From positions 32,001-96,000 of the forward strand of contig CBDAFS010000055.1 in assembly GCA_965195285.1 (NCBI GenBank): a stretch of DNA of 64,000 nucleotides, written 5' to 3'. The translations under genes and the position numbers were made by a program. Positions 18,671 through 28,611 of the stretch are shown one piece after another; position 1 is the stretch's first letter, and every line of letters starts with the position of its first letter. The notes under the pieces are model-generated. The model ran no database searches, was not told the DNA's origin, and saw nothing but the letters and a program-made list of their open reading frames with translations. Source of the stretch: an uncultured Aminicenantes bacterium. GTDB lineage: Bacteria; Acidobacteriota; Aminicenantia; UBA2199.

Positions 18671-19636
18671 TTATCCTTTAGGTAAAGAGGTATAAAACCG
18701 GTTTAAGTGGCCCTTGGCCTCTGCATAGCTGCGGCTGGCATATACCTGTCTCCGGAGGTTCCTGGCCTCATTTTGACCGGCTACCAGGAAACGGGTGTAG
18801 GCCTTGATCCGGCTCAACCTTAACTCCGGCGGATACAGTTCTTCAGTCAACTCCAGCAGCCTCCCGATCACCACTCCGATTCCGGCCTGTGCCAGATTCC
18901 CATCCGGTTCATGGCCTAACTGATAGGAAATGTCTGAAAAAATCCGTGGATTGCGCAGGGCCTCACGCCCGATCATGATCCCATCCACCAGCTTCAATTT
19001 TTCCAGGGCATCCGGTATGGTTTTGATGTCTCCGTTTCCGATGAAAGTGGTTCGACTTTTTTCTCTGAGTATCGGGGCCTGATCCCAGCGGGCCGGCTGG
19101 CTGTAACGGTCAGTGACCAGCCTGAAATGCACAGTGATTGCATCCGCGCCCTCCGCCTCCAGGACCCTGATCAGATCAAGGGTCTCTTCCCCTGAAATGC
19201 CCAGTCTGATTTTCACCGTTACCGGAATCCGGGCATACCGACGGACCGCCCCCAAAATGCTCGAGGCCAGTGGAAGATTTCCCAAAAGTGCGGCCCCGGC
19301 TCCACGGCGGGTAATCTTTTTGACCGGGCATCCCATATTGATATCAATGCCGGCATAGTCGGTTTCATCCTGCAGGAATCGAACCGCCTCGATAAAAACA
19401 TCCGGATCCGCCCCGAACAGTTGAATGAACTGGGGGGTTTTGAAATCAACCGATTTCAACATCTCCAGGGTTCTCCGGTTTTTTCTCTTGATCCCCTCGG
19501 CCGATACCATCTCGGTAACCATAAATCCGATGCCACCCATTTCATCCATTAAGATTCGAAAGGCCAGATCGGTCAGCGAGGCCATGGGAGAGAGTACGGT
19601 TCTGTTCTTGAATTCAAGATTTCCGATTTTTAGCAT
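18671..19636 (-). CDS. tRNA-dihydrouridine synthase (ATG 19636; ORF track starts at TTG 19642)
   Basis: SPMA, QLFG, DINMGCP, TVKIR, GNGDI, MIGR. Confidence 0.9.
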   Translation of the reverse strand: MLKIGNLEFKNRTVLSPMASLTDLAFRILMDEMGGIGFMVTEMVSAEGIKRKNRRTLEMLKSVDFKTPQFIQLFGADPDVFIEAVRFLQDETDYAGIDINMGCPVKKITRRGAGAALLGNLPLASSILGAVRRYARIPVTVKIRLGISGEETLDLIRVLEAEGADAITVHFRLVTDRYSQPARWDQAPILREKSRTTFIGNGDIKTIPDALEKLKLVDGIMIGREALRNPRIFSDISYQLGHEPDGNLAQAGIGVVIGRLLELTEELYPPELRLSRIKAYTRFLVAGQNEARNLRRQVYASRSYAEAKGHLNRFYTSLPKG

Positions 19637-19739
19637 TTTCAATGTATTTTACCAGTAACCCAAAATGATGACAATTGACAAATAAATTTTTTTATTTTAT
19701 ATATTGGCTTGATCGACACAACCGGGAGTCAACATTAAC

Positions 19740-20321
19740 ATGTTAATTGCTGTATTAGGAAATCCAGGTCCGGAATATGCCCGAACCCGCCACAACATCG
19801 CCTGGCAGATGATCGAATACCTGACTTTTTTTCCGGAGTTGAAATGGAATTCCAAATTCAAGGGAGATCTGGCCATATACAAACCCGAAACCATTCCCGG
19901 GAAAACCCTGTATTTTATCTGCCCTCTGACCTTCATGAACCTGAGCGGAGAAAGCATAACCGCTGCCATGCGATTTTTCAAGCTGGACACAGGAGATCTT
20001 CTGGTGATTCATGACGATCTTGAGCTTGACTTCGGGGTAATAAGCTATAAAAAAGGCGGGGGGCTGGCCGGGCACAACGGGCTCCGTTCGGTGGCCACCT
20101 GTTTGGGAACCCGGGATTTCAATCGTCTGAGAATGGGCATATCCAAACCCTCCCACGGTGATATAACCCCCTATGTGCTTGGACAGTTTTCAAAAGACGA
20201 GCAGGCCGTGCTCCCCACGTTCCTGGAAACAACCGCTAAAATACTGGAAGATAATTTGACAAAAGATATTGATAGCCTGGTGAAAAAATACAATAAACAC
20301 CCGATTATCCCAGACCAGTAG
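19740..20321 (+). CDS. pth: Peptidyl-tRNA hydrolase
   Basis: LGNPG..Y..TRHN, FMNLSG, HDDL, GHNGLRS. Confidence 0.95.
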   Translation: MLIAVLGNPGPEYARTRHNIAWQMIEYLTFFPELKWNSKFKGDLAIYKPETIPGKTLYFICPLTFMNLSGESITAAMRFFKLDTGDLLVIHDDLELDFGVISYKKGGGLAGHNGLRSVATCLGTRDFNRLRMGISKPSHGDITPYVLGQFSKDEQAVLPTFLETTAKILEDNLTKDIDSLVKKYNKHPIIPDQ

Positions 20322-20334
20322 ATTCAGTTTTAAT

Positions 20335-21165
20335 TTATTTTTCTAATCCGTTGATTTCCAGAATCTTTCCGGCTAATTCTTTGACGATTTTGGCACAGGC
20401 CATGGCCGTTATACCCGAAAGATCCCGAAGCGGATTAAATTCCACCACATCCGCCCCGATAATCAAAGGTGCCCGGATATTCTGAATCATTTCGATTAAC
20501 TGACGGCTGGAAAAACCACCGGGCTCATGGTGGGAAACCCCGGGAGCAAAAGCCGGATCCAGCACATCCACATCCACGGAAATGTATAGCGGAATTTTAA
20601 ATTCAAATCCCTGCCCAGGCCTCCAATCTTTCATTTGGATTACAGTTACCCCGAATTTTTCAGCCTGTTCTTTCTGATGGCCATTCAAGGTGCGAATTCC
20701 AACCTGAACCAGGGTTCCGGTCAACTTTTCCTCCATGATCCGGGAAAAGGGACAGGCATGAGAAAGTGGATTGTTTTGAAATTCAGCATACAGGTCCGGA
20801 TGGGCATCAAAGTGGATAATGGAAAATTCCGAAACAACTGCATGCAGGGCCCTGACAATCGGGTAAGTAACCGAATGATCTCCCCCCAGTGAAACCGGGA
20901 CCATACCCTGGCCCAGCATGTCCCTGATGGCTCTTTCAATCGCTTTGAATCCTTTTGGCTTGTCCAGAAAGGGGATATCGCCCAAGTCCCTGAGCAGGGC
21001 CGGGTCACTCAGGTCAAAACCGTTTTCGGTCCAGCGATTGATTGAGTCCGAGAACAGCGCTTCCCTGATCAGAGGCGGGCCATTGGCAGCTCCCCTCAAA
21101 AACGAGGAATTTCGATCCATGGGAAATCCCACCAGCCCGATTCCGGCCGGCGCCTGGAAGGGCAT
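20335..21165 (-). CDS. speB: Agmatinase / ureohydrolase
   Basis: GGDHS, DAHPD, SVDVDVLDPAFAPG, VEFNP. Confidence 0.82.
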   Translation of the reverse strand: MPFQAPAGIGLVGFPMDRNSSFLRGAANGPPLIREALFSDSINRWTENGFDLSDPALLRDLGDIPFLDKPKGFKAIERAIRDMLGQGMVPVSLGGDHSVTYPIVRALHAVVSEFSIIHFDAHPDLYAEFQNNPLSHACPFSRIMEEKLTGTLVQVGIRTLNGHQKEQAEKFGVTVIQMKDWRPGQGFEFKIPLYISVDVDVLDPAFAPGVSHHEPGGFSSRQLIEMIQNIRAPLIIGADVVEFNPLRDLSGITAMACAKIVKELAGKILEINGLEK

Positions 21166-21192
21166 TGATGTTTTCGTCTTGATCTCCTGTAT

Positions 21193-22488
21193 TCAACGGG
21201 GGATGTACCGGTTGTAAAATTCCAAATGTTGTCTGGCGATAGCCTCCCAGCTGAAAGTGGAACGCACGGTTTCCAGACCATTTTTCACCAACCTGCGAGT
21301 CAGGTTTTCATCCTGTATCAAACGAATAATCGAATCGGCATAAGCAACCGGTTTCAAGGGATCGATAACCAGGCAGTCCTTTTCATGAACCAGATTTTCC
21401 CGGATCCCCGAATATTTTGAAATAACCGCCGGGACCCCGCAGGCCATGGCTTCCAGAGCAGTCATCCCGAAGGGCTCATATCGGGCCGGTAATATGAATA
21501 GCCGGGCCTGGCGGAAATAGGGAGGCAGTTCATCGTGGGGAATTCCCCCGACCAGATGGATATTTTTCTCCATTCGGTTCGTTTTGATGAAGGCTTTCAT
21601 GTTGGCCATCACCTCGGTTTCCTCCTCGTCCGGGTCAGCAGTGCCTCCGGCAATTACCAGGTGCAGGTCAGGGAAATGCCTCAAAACTCTCGAAAAGGCC
21701 TGGAGCAACAAATCATGACCCTTGGCCTTGGAGATCCGGCTGACCACAAATACATAAGGCTCCGGCAGGTCCAACCGGGTTTTGGTTTCCCTCTGGCCTG
21801 CAGCCAGAGGTGAGAACTTATCAATGTCCACCCCCGGGGGTATGAACTCGGTACGGGGTGAATCAAAATCATACAATTCCTTTATTTTATCCCCTTCTTC
21901 TTTACTGGTGATGGTCTGGGCCGTAACCTGATCGAATATACGCCGCTCTTCGCGTATACGGCGGGTGAAATTGAAAACAGCTTCCTTCTCCCTTTCATTA
22001 CCATCCACCCGTTGCCTCTTCCAGGCCCCCAGTGAATGGGCGGTAAAAAAACAGGGTCTGGAAAATGCCCGGGCCACCTCTAAAGCGACAATGCCCGCAT
22101 CCACATAGTGCCCGTGAAAAATATCATACTGACAGTTCCGGCTGGAAATCCATTTGCTCAGATTGTCTGCCAGTTCATCCAGTACCGGGTAAATAAACTC
22201 CTTGGCAATAAATTTCCATCCGCCGGCCGGAATACGGATCACCCGGACTTCGGGACAATCCGGCAGGGGGTCTATCTGTTTTTTTGACCGGTCAAACCAG
22301 CGGGTAAAGATATCGGTTTGATATCCCAATTGTGAAAGCGCCCGGGCCAGCTGCAGCACATACAATACCTGGCCGCCGGTATCGATTTTGCCCAGCTCCG
22401 GAACCGGGTCAAAATACCCGTGGGTACTCAGCATCCCGATGTGTCGGATTCCGGACAGTCCGGGATCATTCATTCCGTTCCACTCCAT
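21193..22488 (-). CDS. GT4 glycosyltransferase, sucrose-phosphate/mannosylfructose-phosphate synthase-like
   Basis: HGY...DTGGQVLYV, HGHY, TAHSLG, EPFGMTALE. Confidence 0.82.
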   Translation of the reverse strand: MEWNGMNDPGLSGIRHIGMLSTHGYFDPVPELGKIDTGGQVLYVLQLARALSQLGYQTDIFTRWFDRSKKQIDPLPDCPEVRVIRIPAGGWKFIAKEFIYPVLDELADNLSKWISSRNCQYDIFHGHYVDAGIVALEVARAFSRPCFFTAHSLGAWKRQRVDGNEREKEAVFNFTRRIREERRIFDQVTAQTITSKEEGDKIKELYDFDSPRTEFIPPGVDIDKFSPLAAGQRETKTRLDLPEPYVFVVSRISKAKGHDLLLQAFSRVLRHFPDLHLVIAGGTADPDEEETEVMANMKAFIKTNRMEKNIHLVGGIPHDELPPYFRQARLFILPARYEPFGMTALEAMACGVPAVISKYSGIRENLVHEKDCLVIDPLKPVAYADSIIRLIQDENLTRRLVKNGLETVRSTFSWEAIARQHLEFYNRYIPR

Positions 22489-23110
22489 AATCCCGAGTAA
22501 TGATCAAATTGCTGTACATCCTGTGGCTGGAGATGATCCGGTGCTCGATCTCGAGTATCTTTTCCAGATAGGCATCCTGGACCTCCCGTGACCGCTGTCC
22601 TCGTGCTTCCCGGGTATCATGCAAATCCCGGTCAATAAAAACATGGCAATCGATATTTTTCAACAAGGTCGTATAGGTCCCCTCCACAATCACAACCGAA
22701 ATTTCAGATAACGGTATGGTTTCCGTGGTGATCCGATCCTCGTCATAGAGAACCAGAGGTTTAGTTAGCTGCTTTTTGCCAGCCATTATATCCTGGATAT
22801 GTTGATCAATCAATTCCAGGTGAACTTCCGAAGTACCCACATGCTCGATATTCTCTTTTCTCATCTCGGCATTGGTTTTTGGGGGGTAAACAAAATAATC
22901 ATCCTGTTGAAGAATTACGCTCTTAAATCCTGAATTTTCCAGATTCTGATAGAGTGAATAGGCAATTTCGGATTTCCCGGCCCCGGACTCACCGGCAATG
23001 GAAATGATGAATTTTTTTTGAGAGTTCTTTATCCGGGGGATCAGAATATCTGCGATCCGGACAGCAGCACCGGCATGTTCTTTTTTTATGATTAATTTAT
23101 CACCGATCAT
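22466..23110 (-). CDS. Uridine kinase/phosphoribulokinase-like P-loop protein
   Basis: Walker A GESGAGKS, QDDYF, IVEG. Confidence 0.75.
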   Translation of the reverse strand: MIGDKLIIKKEHAGAAVRIADILIPRIKNSQKKFIISIAGESGAGKSEIAYSLYQNLENSGFKSVILQQDDYFVYPPKTNAEMRKENIEHVGTSEVHLELIDQHIQDIMAGKKQLTKPLVLYDEDRITTETIPLSEISVVIVEGTYTTLLKNIDCHVFIDRDLHDTREARGQRSREVQDAYLEKILEIEHRIISSHRMYSNLIITRDYGVERNE

Positions 23111-23168
23111 GGAACCATCTGAATTCTGTTAACCAATATATGCAAAATTACCAGAATTGTCAATTTGC

Positions 23169-23960
23169 TCACATCAATCCCTGGTACATGCCCCCGTCGA
23201 TCAAAATGGTATCCCCGGTAATATAGGATGCCGGTTCAGAGGCCAGGAAAGTCACCAGCGAGCCGAAATCCGCCGGGTTTCCGGTTTTTTTAGCCGGAAT
23301 GGAAGTCAGCAGATTTGACAGGGCCTGGTCATATTCCATTCCGCTCTCCCCGGCCCTTTTTTTTATCAATTCCTTCACCCGATCGGTCATAAAATATCCG
23401 GGGGCCACCACATTGGCGGTGATATTCAGACTGGCAACAGCCTGTGAAAGGGTTTTGATATAGGCCACCACACCGACTCTGGAGATGTTGGACAACGCCA
23501 GTGTGGGGAGCGGCTGTTTGACCGATATGGAGGCCAGGGCAATAATTCGCCCCCACTGCTGGGATTTCAAGACCGGCAAAAAACGTTCCACCAGATTAAT
23601 GGTACTGAAAAGATTTAATTCGACCGCACCCCGGATATCACTGAGACTAAAGGTTTCAATAGCACCGGCAGGTGGTCCGCCAGCGTTGGTAAACAAAATG
23701 TGGTAGTTTCCAAAATGGTCCATGACCCGTTCCTGAAAGGTCTTTACCGATTTCGTATCGGTTACATCACAAACCCAATCCAGGACATCCACACCATAAG
23801 TGGACTTCAAATGTTTGCCTGCCTCCTGAATCCGGTTTTTATCCCGGGAACATATTGCCAGATGAACCCCTTCCCGCGCCAGGGCTTCGGCAGTTGCCAG
23901 TCCCAGACCGCTGCTGGAAGCCGCCACCACAGCCACTTTACCTTTTATGCCCAAATCCAT
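23169..23960 (-). CDS. SDR family oxidoreductase
   Basis: ASSSGLG, NAGGP, SN..R, ITG..I.IDGG. Confidence 0.9.
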   Translation of the reverse strand: MDLGIKGKVAVVAASSSGLGLATAEALAREGVHLAICSRDKNRIQEAGKHLKSTYGVDVLDWVCDVTDTKSVKTFQERVMDHFGNYHILFTNAGGPPAGAIETFSLSDIRGAVELNLFSTINLVERFLPVLKSQQWGRIIALASISVKQPLPTLALSNISRVGVVAYIKTLSQAVASLNITANVVAPGYFMTDRVKELIKKRAGESGMEYDQALSNLLTSIPAKKTGNPADFGSLVTFLASEPASYITGDTILIDGGMYQGLM

Positions 23961-24030
23961 TTTGCCTCCGTTTAAGCGAATATATCATTTTACATGTTGC
24001 ATTTTACATGTTACATTTGTCATATAACCT

Positions 24031-25194
24031 CTAAATAGATTCACAAATAATATCCTTATCCAGTTGTCTTTTCTGGGTTTCGATATCAATGATTAAGGTA
24101 AAATGCAGCGGCCGGGAGAGGTCCCGGGCTTTGAGTAATACCACCATATCTACTTTCACATTGCTGGTTCCCCCAATATAAAGGCCGCTGTTTGAAAAAA
24201 CCGTTTTCCCGGCCGGAATATCTCCGAATCGCAGCTGAATCATCCAGAAGGGAGACCTCCATTTGACCCGTATGCTGTCGCTGATAGGATGAAAGAGGGG
24301 TTTAATCCTGGATTGACCCGCATTTTTATCCGGACGGTAAGGAATTTCGAATTCCTCCAGACAAAAAAATTCTTTTTCAGGATCCTCAATGTTGATCTCC
24401 AGCTGAACATTCCGGGCTGTTTCCGAACCCGTATTGGTGATACAGAAATCAATCTGACTGACCGCTCCGATTCTCTGCAAGTGGACAGCCAGCTCCCGGT
24501 AGAAATGACGGTTGGATCTTGGAGGGATTCCGAAAGCATATCCGTGATCAGTCGGAGCGACATCGGTCTTGAAATCAAAATCAGGAAGCGAATCCAGGGG
24601 CGGGATTCCGATCGAAAAGGTTTTCAAATTCAGATAATCACCCAGCGTCTTTCCCTTTTCAGCATGAGCAAATTCAACCTGGAAAGAAATATCGGACTTC
24701 CCTTGATCCAGGTCACACTCCTTTATCCGGGCAGCCTCATCGGTATCGGCCTCACCTATGGCATTCCCCCGACGAACATAAATAACATACTTTTTAAAGT
24801 TGGCGAAATCTTCCTTTAAATAGAATGGCCTCTGCTGAAGAGGAATGTGAATCATGGCGATTTTTTTCCGCTCAACGGTCAAGGTTTTATAATAAAATCG
24901 AATGGGTTTATGGAGTTTTGCATTCACAAATTCCTGAATTTTTTTTTCATCAAGATGGGTGATGACACCCAGGATCCTGTTTCTCCCCTCTTTTACCCCT
25001 TCCACTCCGACCAGTATGTAGGTGTCTGTTCTTCTCCAGGCATTGGCCGCACTGACAATATCCCTTAATAGTTCTCCCTTTTCCAGATCCAGGGCCCCGT
25101 CGAACTTGTATTCATGAGGCCGGAATATCAACACATCACTGGCCTCCTCATACAAAAGCCGGTTAAAAATATCGATTTCTTTCTCCATGGTCAA
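24031..25194 (-). CDS. Protein with N-terminal Schlafen/AlbA_2-like domain
   Basis: ELLRDIVSAANA...YILVGV, YVRRG; unrecognised beta-rich C-terminus. Confidence 0.65.
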   Translation of the reverse strand: MTMEKEIDIFNRLLYEEASDVLIFRPHEYKFDGALDLEKGELLRDIVSAANAWRRTDTYILVGVEGVKEGRNRILGVITHLDEKKIQEFVNAKLHKPIRFYYKTLTVERKKIAMIHIPLQQRPFYLKEDFANFKKYVIYVRRGNAIGEADTDEAARIKECDLDQGKSDISFQVEFAHAEKGKTLGDYLNLKTFSIGIPPLDSLPDFDFKTDVAPTDHGYAFGIPPRSNRHFYRELAVHLQRIGAVSQIDFCITNTGSETARNVQLEINIEDPEKEFFCLEEFEIPYRPDKNAGQSRIKPLFHPISDSIRVKWRSPFWMIQLRFGDIPAGKTVFSNSGLYIGGTSNVKVDMVVLLKARDLSRPLHFTLIIDIETQKRQLDKDIICESI

Positions 25195-25270
25195 TGTCCT
25201 GAATGCAACGGAACCGGATCAAACTGAATCACTATATGTTTATCATGTTGGAAAATAAATTTCAACTATT

Positions 25271-25741
25271 CTAATGCCCTTCGCCATGCGCCATTTTAAT
25301 CCCGTGCTCAAAAAGCGGAAGCATCAGGCGAGTGGCAAGCTGAACGGCCTTCAGGGAACCGGGAAAATTGATCACAATGGTTTTATCTTTGATCCCGCTG
25401 AATCCCCGGGAAAAAACCGCAAACCGGGTTTCCCGGTAAGATTCCCATCTGAGCATTTCCGAAATTCCCGGAATTTCCAGATCACAGATTTCACGGCTGA
25501 TCTGGGGCGTGATATCACGGGAAGACAATCCGGTCCCTCCTGTTGTCAATATATAGTCGACACCGATGTTCTGGGTAATGGCTTTTCTGATATCCGGTCC
25601 CTCATCCGGAACCAGAATCAGGGAAACCTCTGTCTCCACTTCACTGTTATCAATCAATTTTTTTATTTCAGGGCCGGACTGATCCGGGTATTCACTCCGG
25701 AAAGCCCTATCCGAAACGGTAATAACCACTATCTTCAGCAC
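25271..25741 (-). CDS. mog: Molybdopterin adenylyltransferase MogA/MoaB
   Basis: TVSDR..DQSGP, TTGGTG..RDITP, NFPGS. Confidence 0.88.
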   Translation of the reverse strand: MLKIVVITVSDRAFRSEYPDQSGPEIKKLIDNSEVETEVSLILVPDEGPDIRKAITQNIGVDYILTTGGTGLSSRDITPQISREICDLEIPGISEMLRWESYRETRFAVFSRGFSGIKDKTIVINFPGSLKAVQLATRLMLPLFEHGIKMAHGEGH

Positions 25742-26150
25742 TGATTTTACCTCCTTTCAGCACCCGGGTAAAAATGCCATGGCTGGGCATGATACACTCC
25801 CCGGCCTGATCATAAATGGCGCAGCGGTCATGACAGACTTTACCGATCTGGGTAACTTCCATCACTACTCCGTTGATCACCACCCTACCCCCTTTTTTCA
25901 CACGGGTCCAGTCAATTCCCCGGGTGAGAATATTCTCACCGAAGGCGCCGGGCTTCAATTCCATTCCAGGATTCTTTTCCATGAGCAGATCTACAGCTTC
26001 AGCAGCAAGCAATGAAACCTGGCGATGCCAATTCCCAGTGTGGGCATCCCCCTTGATCCCATGATTCTCCACCAGTTCAATTTCTTCTACCGAATGCTTT
26101 TGAACACTCTTTTGCTCGGAAACATTCACCGATTCGACTTTAAATTTCAT
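25707..26150 (-). CDS. MOSC-domain protein
   Basis: GIKGDAH.G.WHRQVSLL, GAFGENI, GKVCH..C. Confidence 0.88.
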   Translation of the reverse strand: MKFKVESVNVSEQKSVQKHSVEEIELVENHGIKGDAHTGNWHRQVSLLAAEAVDLLMEKNPGMELKPGAFGENILTRGIDWTRVKKGGRVVINGVVMEVTQIGKVCHDRCAIYDQAGECIMPSHGIFTRVLKGGKISAEDSGYYRFG

Positions 26151-26589
26151 TTTTCACCTTTTTCTCCAGCTTGATATCCGAGATAACCATGGTTTTATCC
26201 ACGGCTTTGCACATGTCATAAATGGTTAGAGCCGCAACCGAAACCGATGTCAGTGCTTCCATCTCAATACCAGTTTTATAATCACAGACCACGTGGGCAT
26301 TGATATCAATCCGGTTGTCCTTCAAAGCAAAGGAAATATTAACGGTATTTACCGGGATCTGGTGACAGAGCGGAATCAGTTCGGAAGTTTTTTTGGCCGC
26401 ATTGATGCCGGCGATTCTGGCCACCGCCAGTACATCCCCTTTCTGAAGTAGATGCTTGCCTATCCGATCCAGAGTTGCTTTATTTAGATAAATTTTTCCG
26501 GAAGCCATGGCCTCCCGATGAAGGATTCTTTTGTTACTGATATCCACCATCCTAGCTTCGCCTTTTTGATCCACATGAGAAAGTTCCAT
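26140..26589 (-). CDS. moaC: Cyclic pyranopterin monophosphate synthase MoaC
   Basis: MVDIS, KGDV, LIPLCH, TGIEMEAL, YDMCKAVD; AGGAGG RBS before ATG 26589. Confidence 0.95.
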   Translation of the reverse strand: MELSHVDQKGEARMVDISNKRILHREAMASGKIYLNKATLDRIGKHLLQKGDVLAVARIAGINAAKKTSELIPLCHQIPVNTVNISFALKDNRIDINAHVVCDYKTGIEMEALTSVSVAALTIYDMCKAVDKTMVISDIKLEKKVKNEI

Positions 26590-26606
26590 GTTTTCCTCCT
26601 GAAGAA

Positions 26607-27413
26607 TTATCCCCCGATTTGCCAGTTTTCCCGGCTGGAACAAAAAGTGCCGCATTCGGGTTTGTTCACAATGGCCTGCCGCAGGCTATCACCGATATGA
26701 TCCAGGTTGACCGGTATCTCAATATTGGAAAAAAGGCAGGGTTTGATGAACCCGTCTGCAGTCAACCGAATCCGGTTGCAGATACTGCAATTCAGGGGCC
26801 TTTCGGTAGTAAACTGGCGATCGATACTGGTAATGGTACTCAATGAATACTGGTTGATCCGCTGCAGCCTCAGTCCCTTTTCCAGACAAAACCCCTTCAG
26901 GACCTCCACTTCATCGGTATTGACTCCCGGGATCAATACCATATTCAGCTTGGTATTCCTGAATCCGACTTCAAAGGCCGCATCAATCCCCCTAAAGACC
27001 CGGTCCAGGTTTCCGATCCGGGTCAAACAACGATATTTTTCGGGATCCAGGGTATCCAGGGAAATATTCAAACGGTCCAGCCCGGCTTTTTTCAGCCCTT
27101 CGGCCATTTTTTCCAGCAACACACCATTGGTGGTCAGGGTAATTTCCCTGATTCCTTTCACTGCTCTCAACTGTTCAACCAAGAAACTGATGTCTTTCCG
27201 GATCAGGGGTTCCCCTCCGGTCAGCCTCACTTTGGTAATACCCAGTTTTACCGCTTCCCGGACAATGGACACAATCTGTTCAAAGGAAAGAATATCACTG
27301 TGATTCTTGAGCTGAATTCCGGTCTCTGGCATACAGTAGGTGCACCTCAGATTGCAGCGATCGGTAACCGATATTCTCAAATAATATATCTTTCGATTAA
27401 ACCGGTCTAACAT
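26607..27413 (-). CDS. moaA: GTP 3',8-cyclase MoaA (compact form)
   Basis: YLRISVTDRCNLRCTYC, LTGGEP, CxxCNRIRLT..G..KPCL, C-terminal IGG. Confidence 0.93.
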   Translation of the reverse strand: MLDRFNRKIYYLRISVTDRCNLRCTYCMPETGIQLKNHSDILSFEQIVSIVREAVKLGITKVRLTGGEPLIRKDISFLVEQLRAVKGIREITLTTNGVLLEKMAEGLKKAGLDRLNISLDTLDPEKYRCLTRIGNLDRVFRGIDAAFEVGFRNTKLNMVLIPGVNTDEVEVLKGFCLEKGLRLQRINQYSLSTITSIDRQFTTERPLNCSICNRIRLTADGFIKPCLFSNIEIPVNLDHIGDSLRQAIVNKPECGTFCSSRENWQIGG

Positions 27414-28584
27414 CTACCTCTGCCCCCTTTTTGATCTGTTTTACTCCCACCGGTATTTCCAGCAGTCCGTTGGCCCTGGACAGCGAAAGGATATGGGCCG
27501 AGCCATGATATTCGACAACCCTGACGGTTCCCTGGCTGTAAACAACCGGAATCAGTTCATGGCGGCTGGCTTTGCACCGATTGAAATCCTGTTTCATGAT
27601 CCCGGTTATCCTTGGGGGAGAATAAGTGTGGCCCATCATCCGGAATAGAAAAGGCTTGACCAAAACCTCAAAAATGATAAAAGTGGAAACCGGATTACCC
27701 GGAAGTCCGAAGACGAAATGGTTCCCCCGTCTTCCGAAAACCGTTGGTTTCCCCGGCTTGATGGCAATTTTCTTAAAATAAATTTCAACCCCGATTTCTT
27801 CCAGGACCTGGGGCACAAAATCAAAATCCCCCATGGAAACGCCACCGGATACCAGAACCACATCTGCCTGGTTCATCAACCGTTCTGCTTCGGCATTGAT
27901 GCACTCAGGGTTGTCACGTACAATGCCATTATAGATCACCTCCAGGCCCATTGATCCAATCTGGGCAGCCAGAGAAAAGGCATTGCTGTTAAATATCTGT
28001 CCCCTCTTTATATGCTCTCCCGGTTCAACAATCTCTGCACCGGTGGTTAAAACTCCCACCATTGGCCGGCAAAAGGTTTTTACCGTATCCAATCCCATCG
28101 AAGCAATAGCCCCGATATCCGCTGATGTCATCAATTTCCCGGAAAGTAGCACTTTGTCCCCGATTTTTACGTCCTCTCCGCGATGGCATACATTAAATTC
28201 ACTATCCTGGCCCGTGATAAACATCAGGTCATTTTCAGTCCGGGTAATTTCCCTTTTTACCACCCGGTCTGCTCCGGAGGGAAGCATGGCCCCGGTCATT
28301 ATTTTTGAACATTCTCCCGTTTTTATTTTTTTCCGGGGAACCGAACCAGCCGGTATGACCTCCATGATACGGAAGCTGCTGGAATCATCCCCGGAAGCAA
28401 TGGCATAACCATCCATGGCTGACTTATCAAAGGGGGGCATATTGATTTTCGAGACCACATCCTGGGCCAGAACCCGGTTCCGGGCATCGATTAACCTCAC
28501 GGTTTCGGTTTCAGGCCGGGCCCCGTGGCGAGCCAGTATCAAACAGGCCTCATCCAGACCGATCATGTTTGAATTCTTTTTCAT
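27397..28584 (-). CDS. moeA: Molybdopterin molybdotransferase
   Basis: PPFDKSAMDGYA, IMTGA, SGGVSMG..D, KPGKP, LPGNPVS. Confidence 0.95.
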   Translation of the reverse strand: MKKNSNMIGLDEACLILARHGARPETETVRLIDARNRVLAQDVVSKINMPPFDKSAMDGYAIASGDDSSSFRIMEVIPAGSVPRKKIKTGECSKIMTGAMLPSGADRVVKREITRTENDLMFITGQDSEFNVCHRGEDVKIGDKVLLSGKLMTSADIGAIASMGLDTVKTFCRPMVGVLTTGAEIVEPGEHIKRGQIFNSNAFSLAAQIGSMGLEVIYNGIVRDNPECINAEAERLMNQADVVLVSGGVSMGDFDFVPQVLEEIGVEIYFKKIAIKPGKPTVFGRRGNHFVFGLPGNPVSTFIIFEVLVKPFLFRMMGHTYSPPRITGIMKQDFNRCKASRHELIPVVYSQGTVRVVEYHGSAHILSLSRANGLLEIPVGVKQIKKGAEVDVRPV

Positions 28585-28611
28585 ATTGGACTCTATTATA
28601 TCAAAAACACC

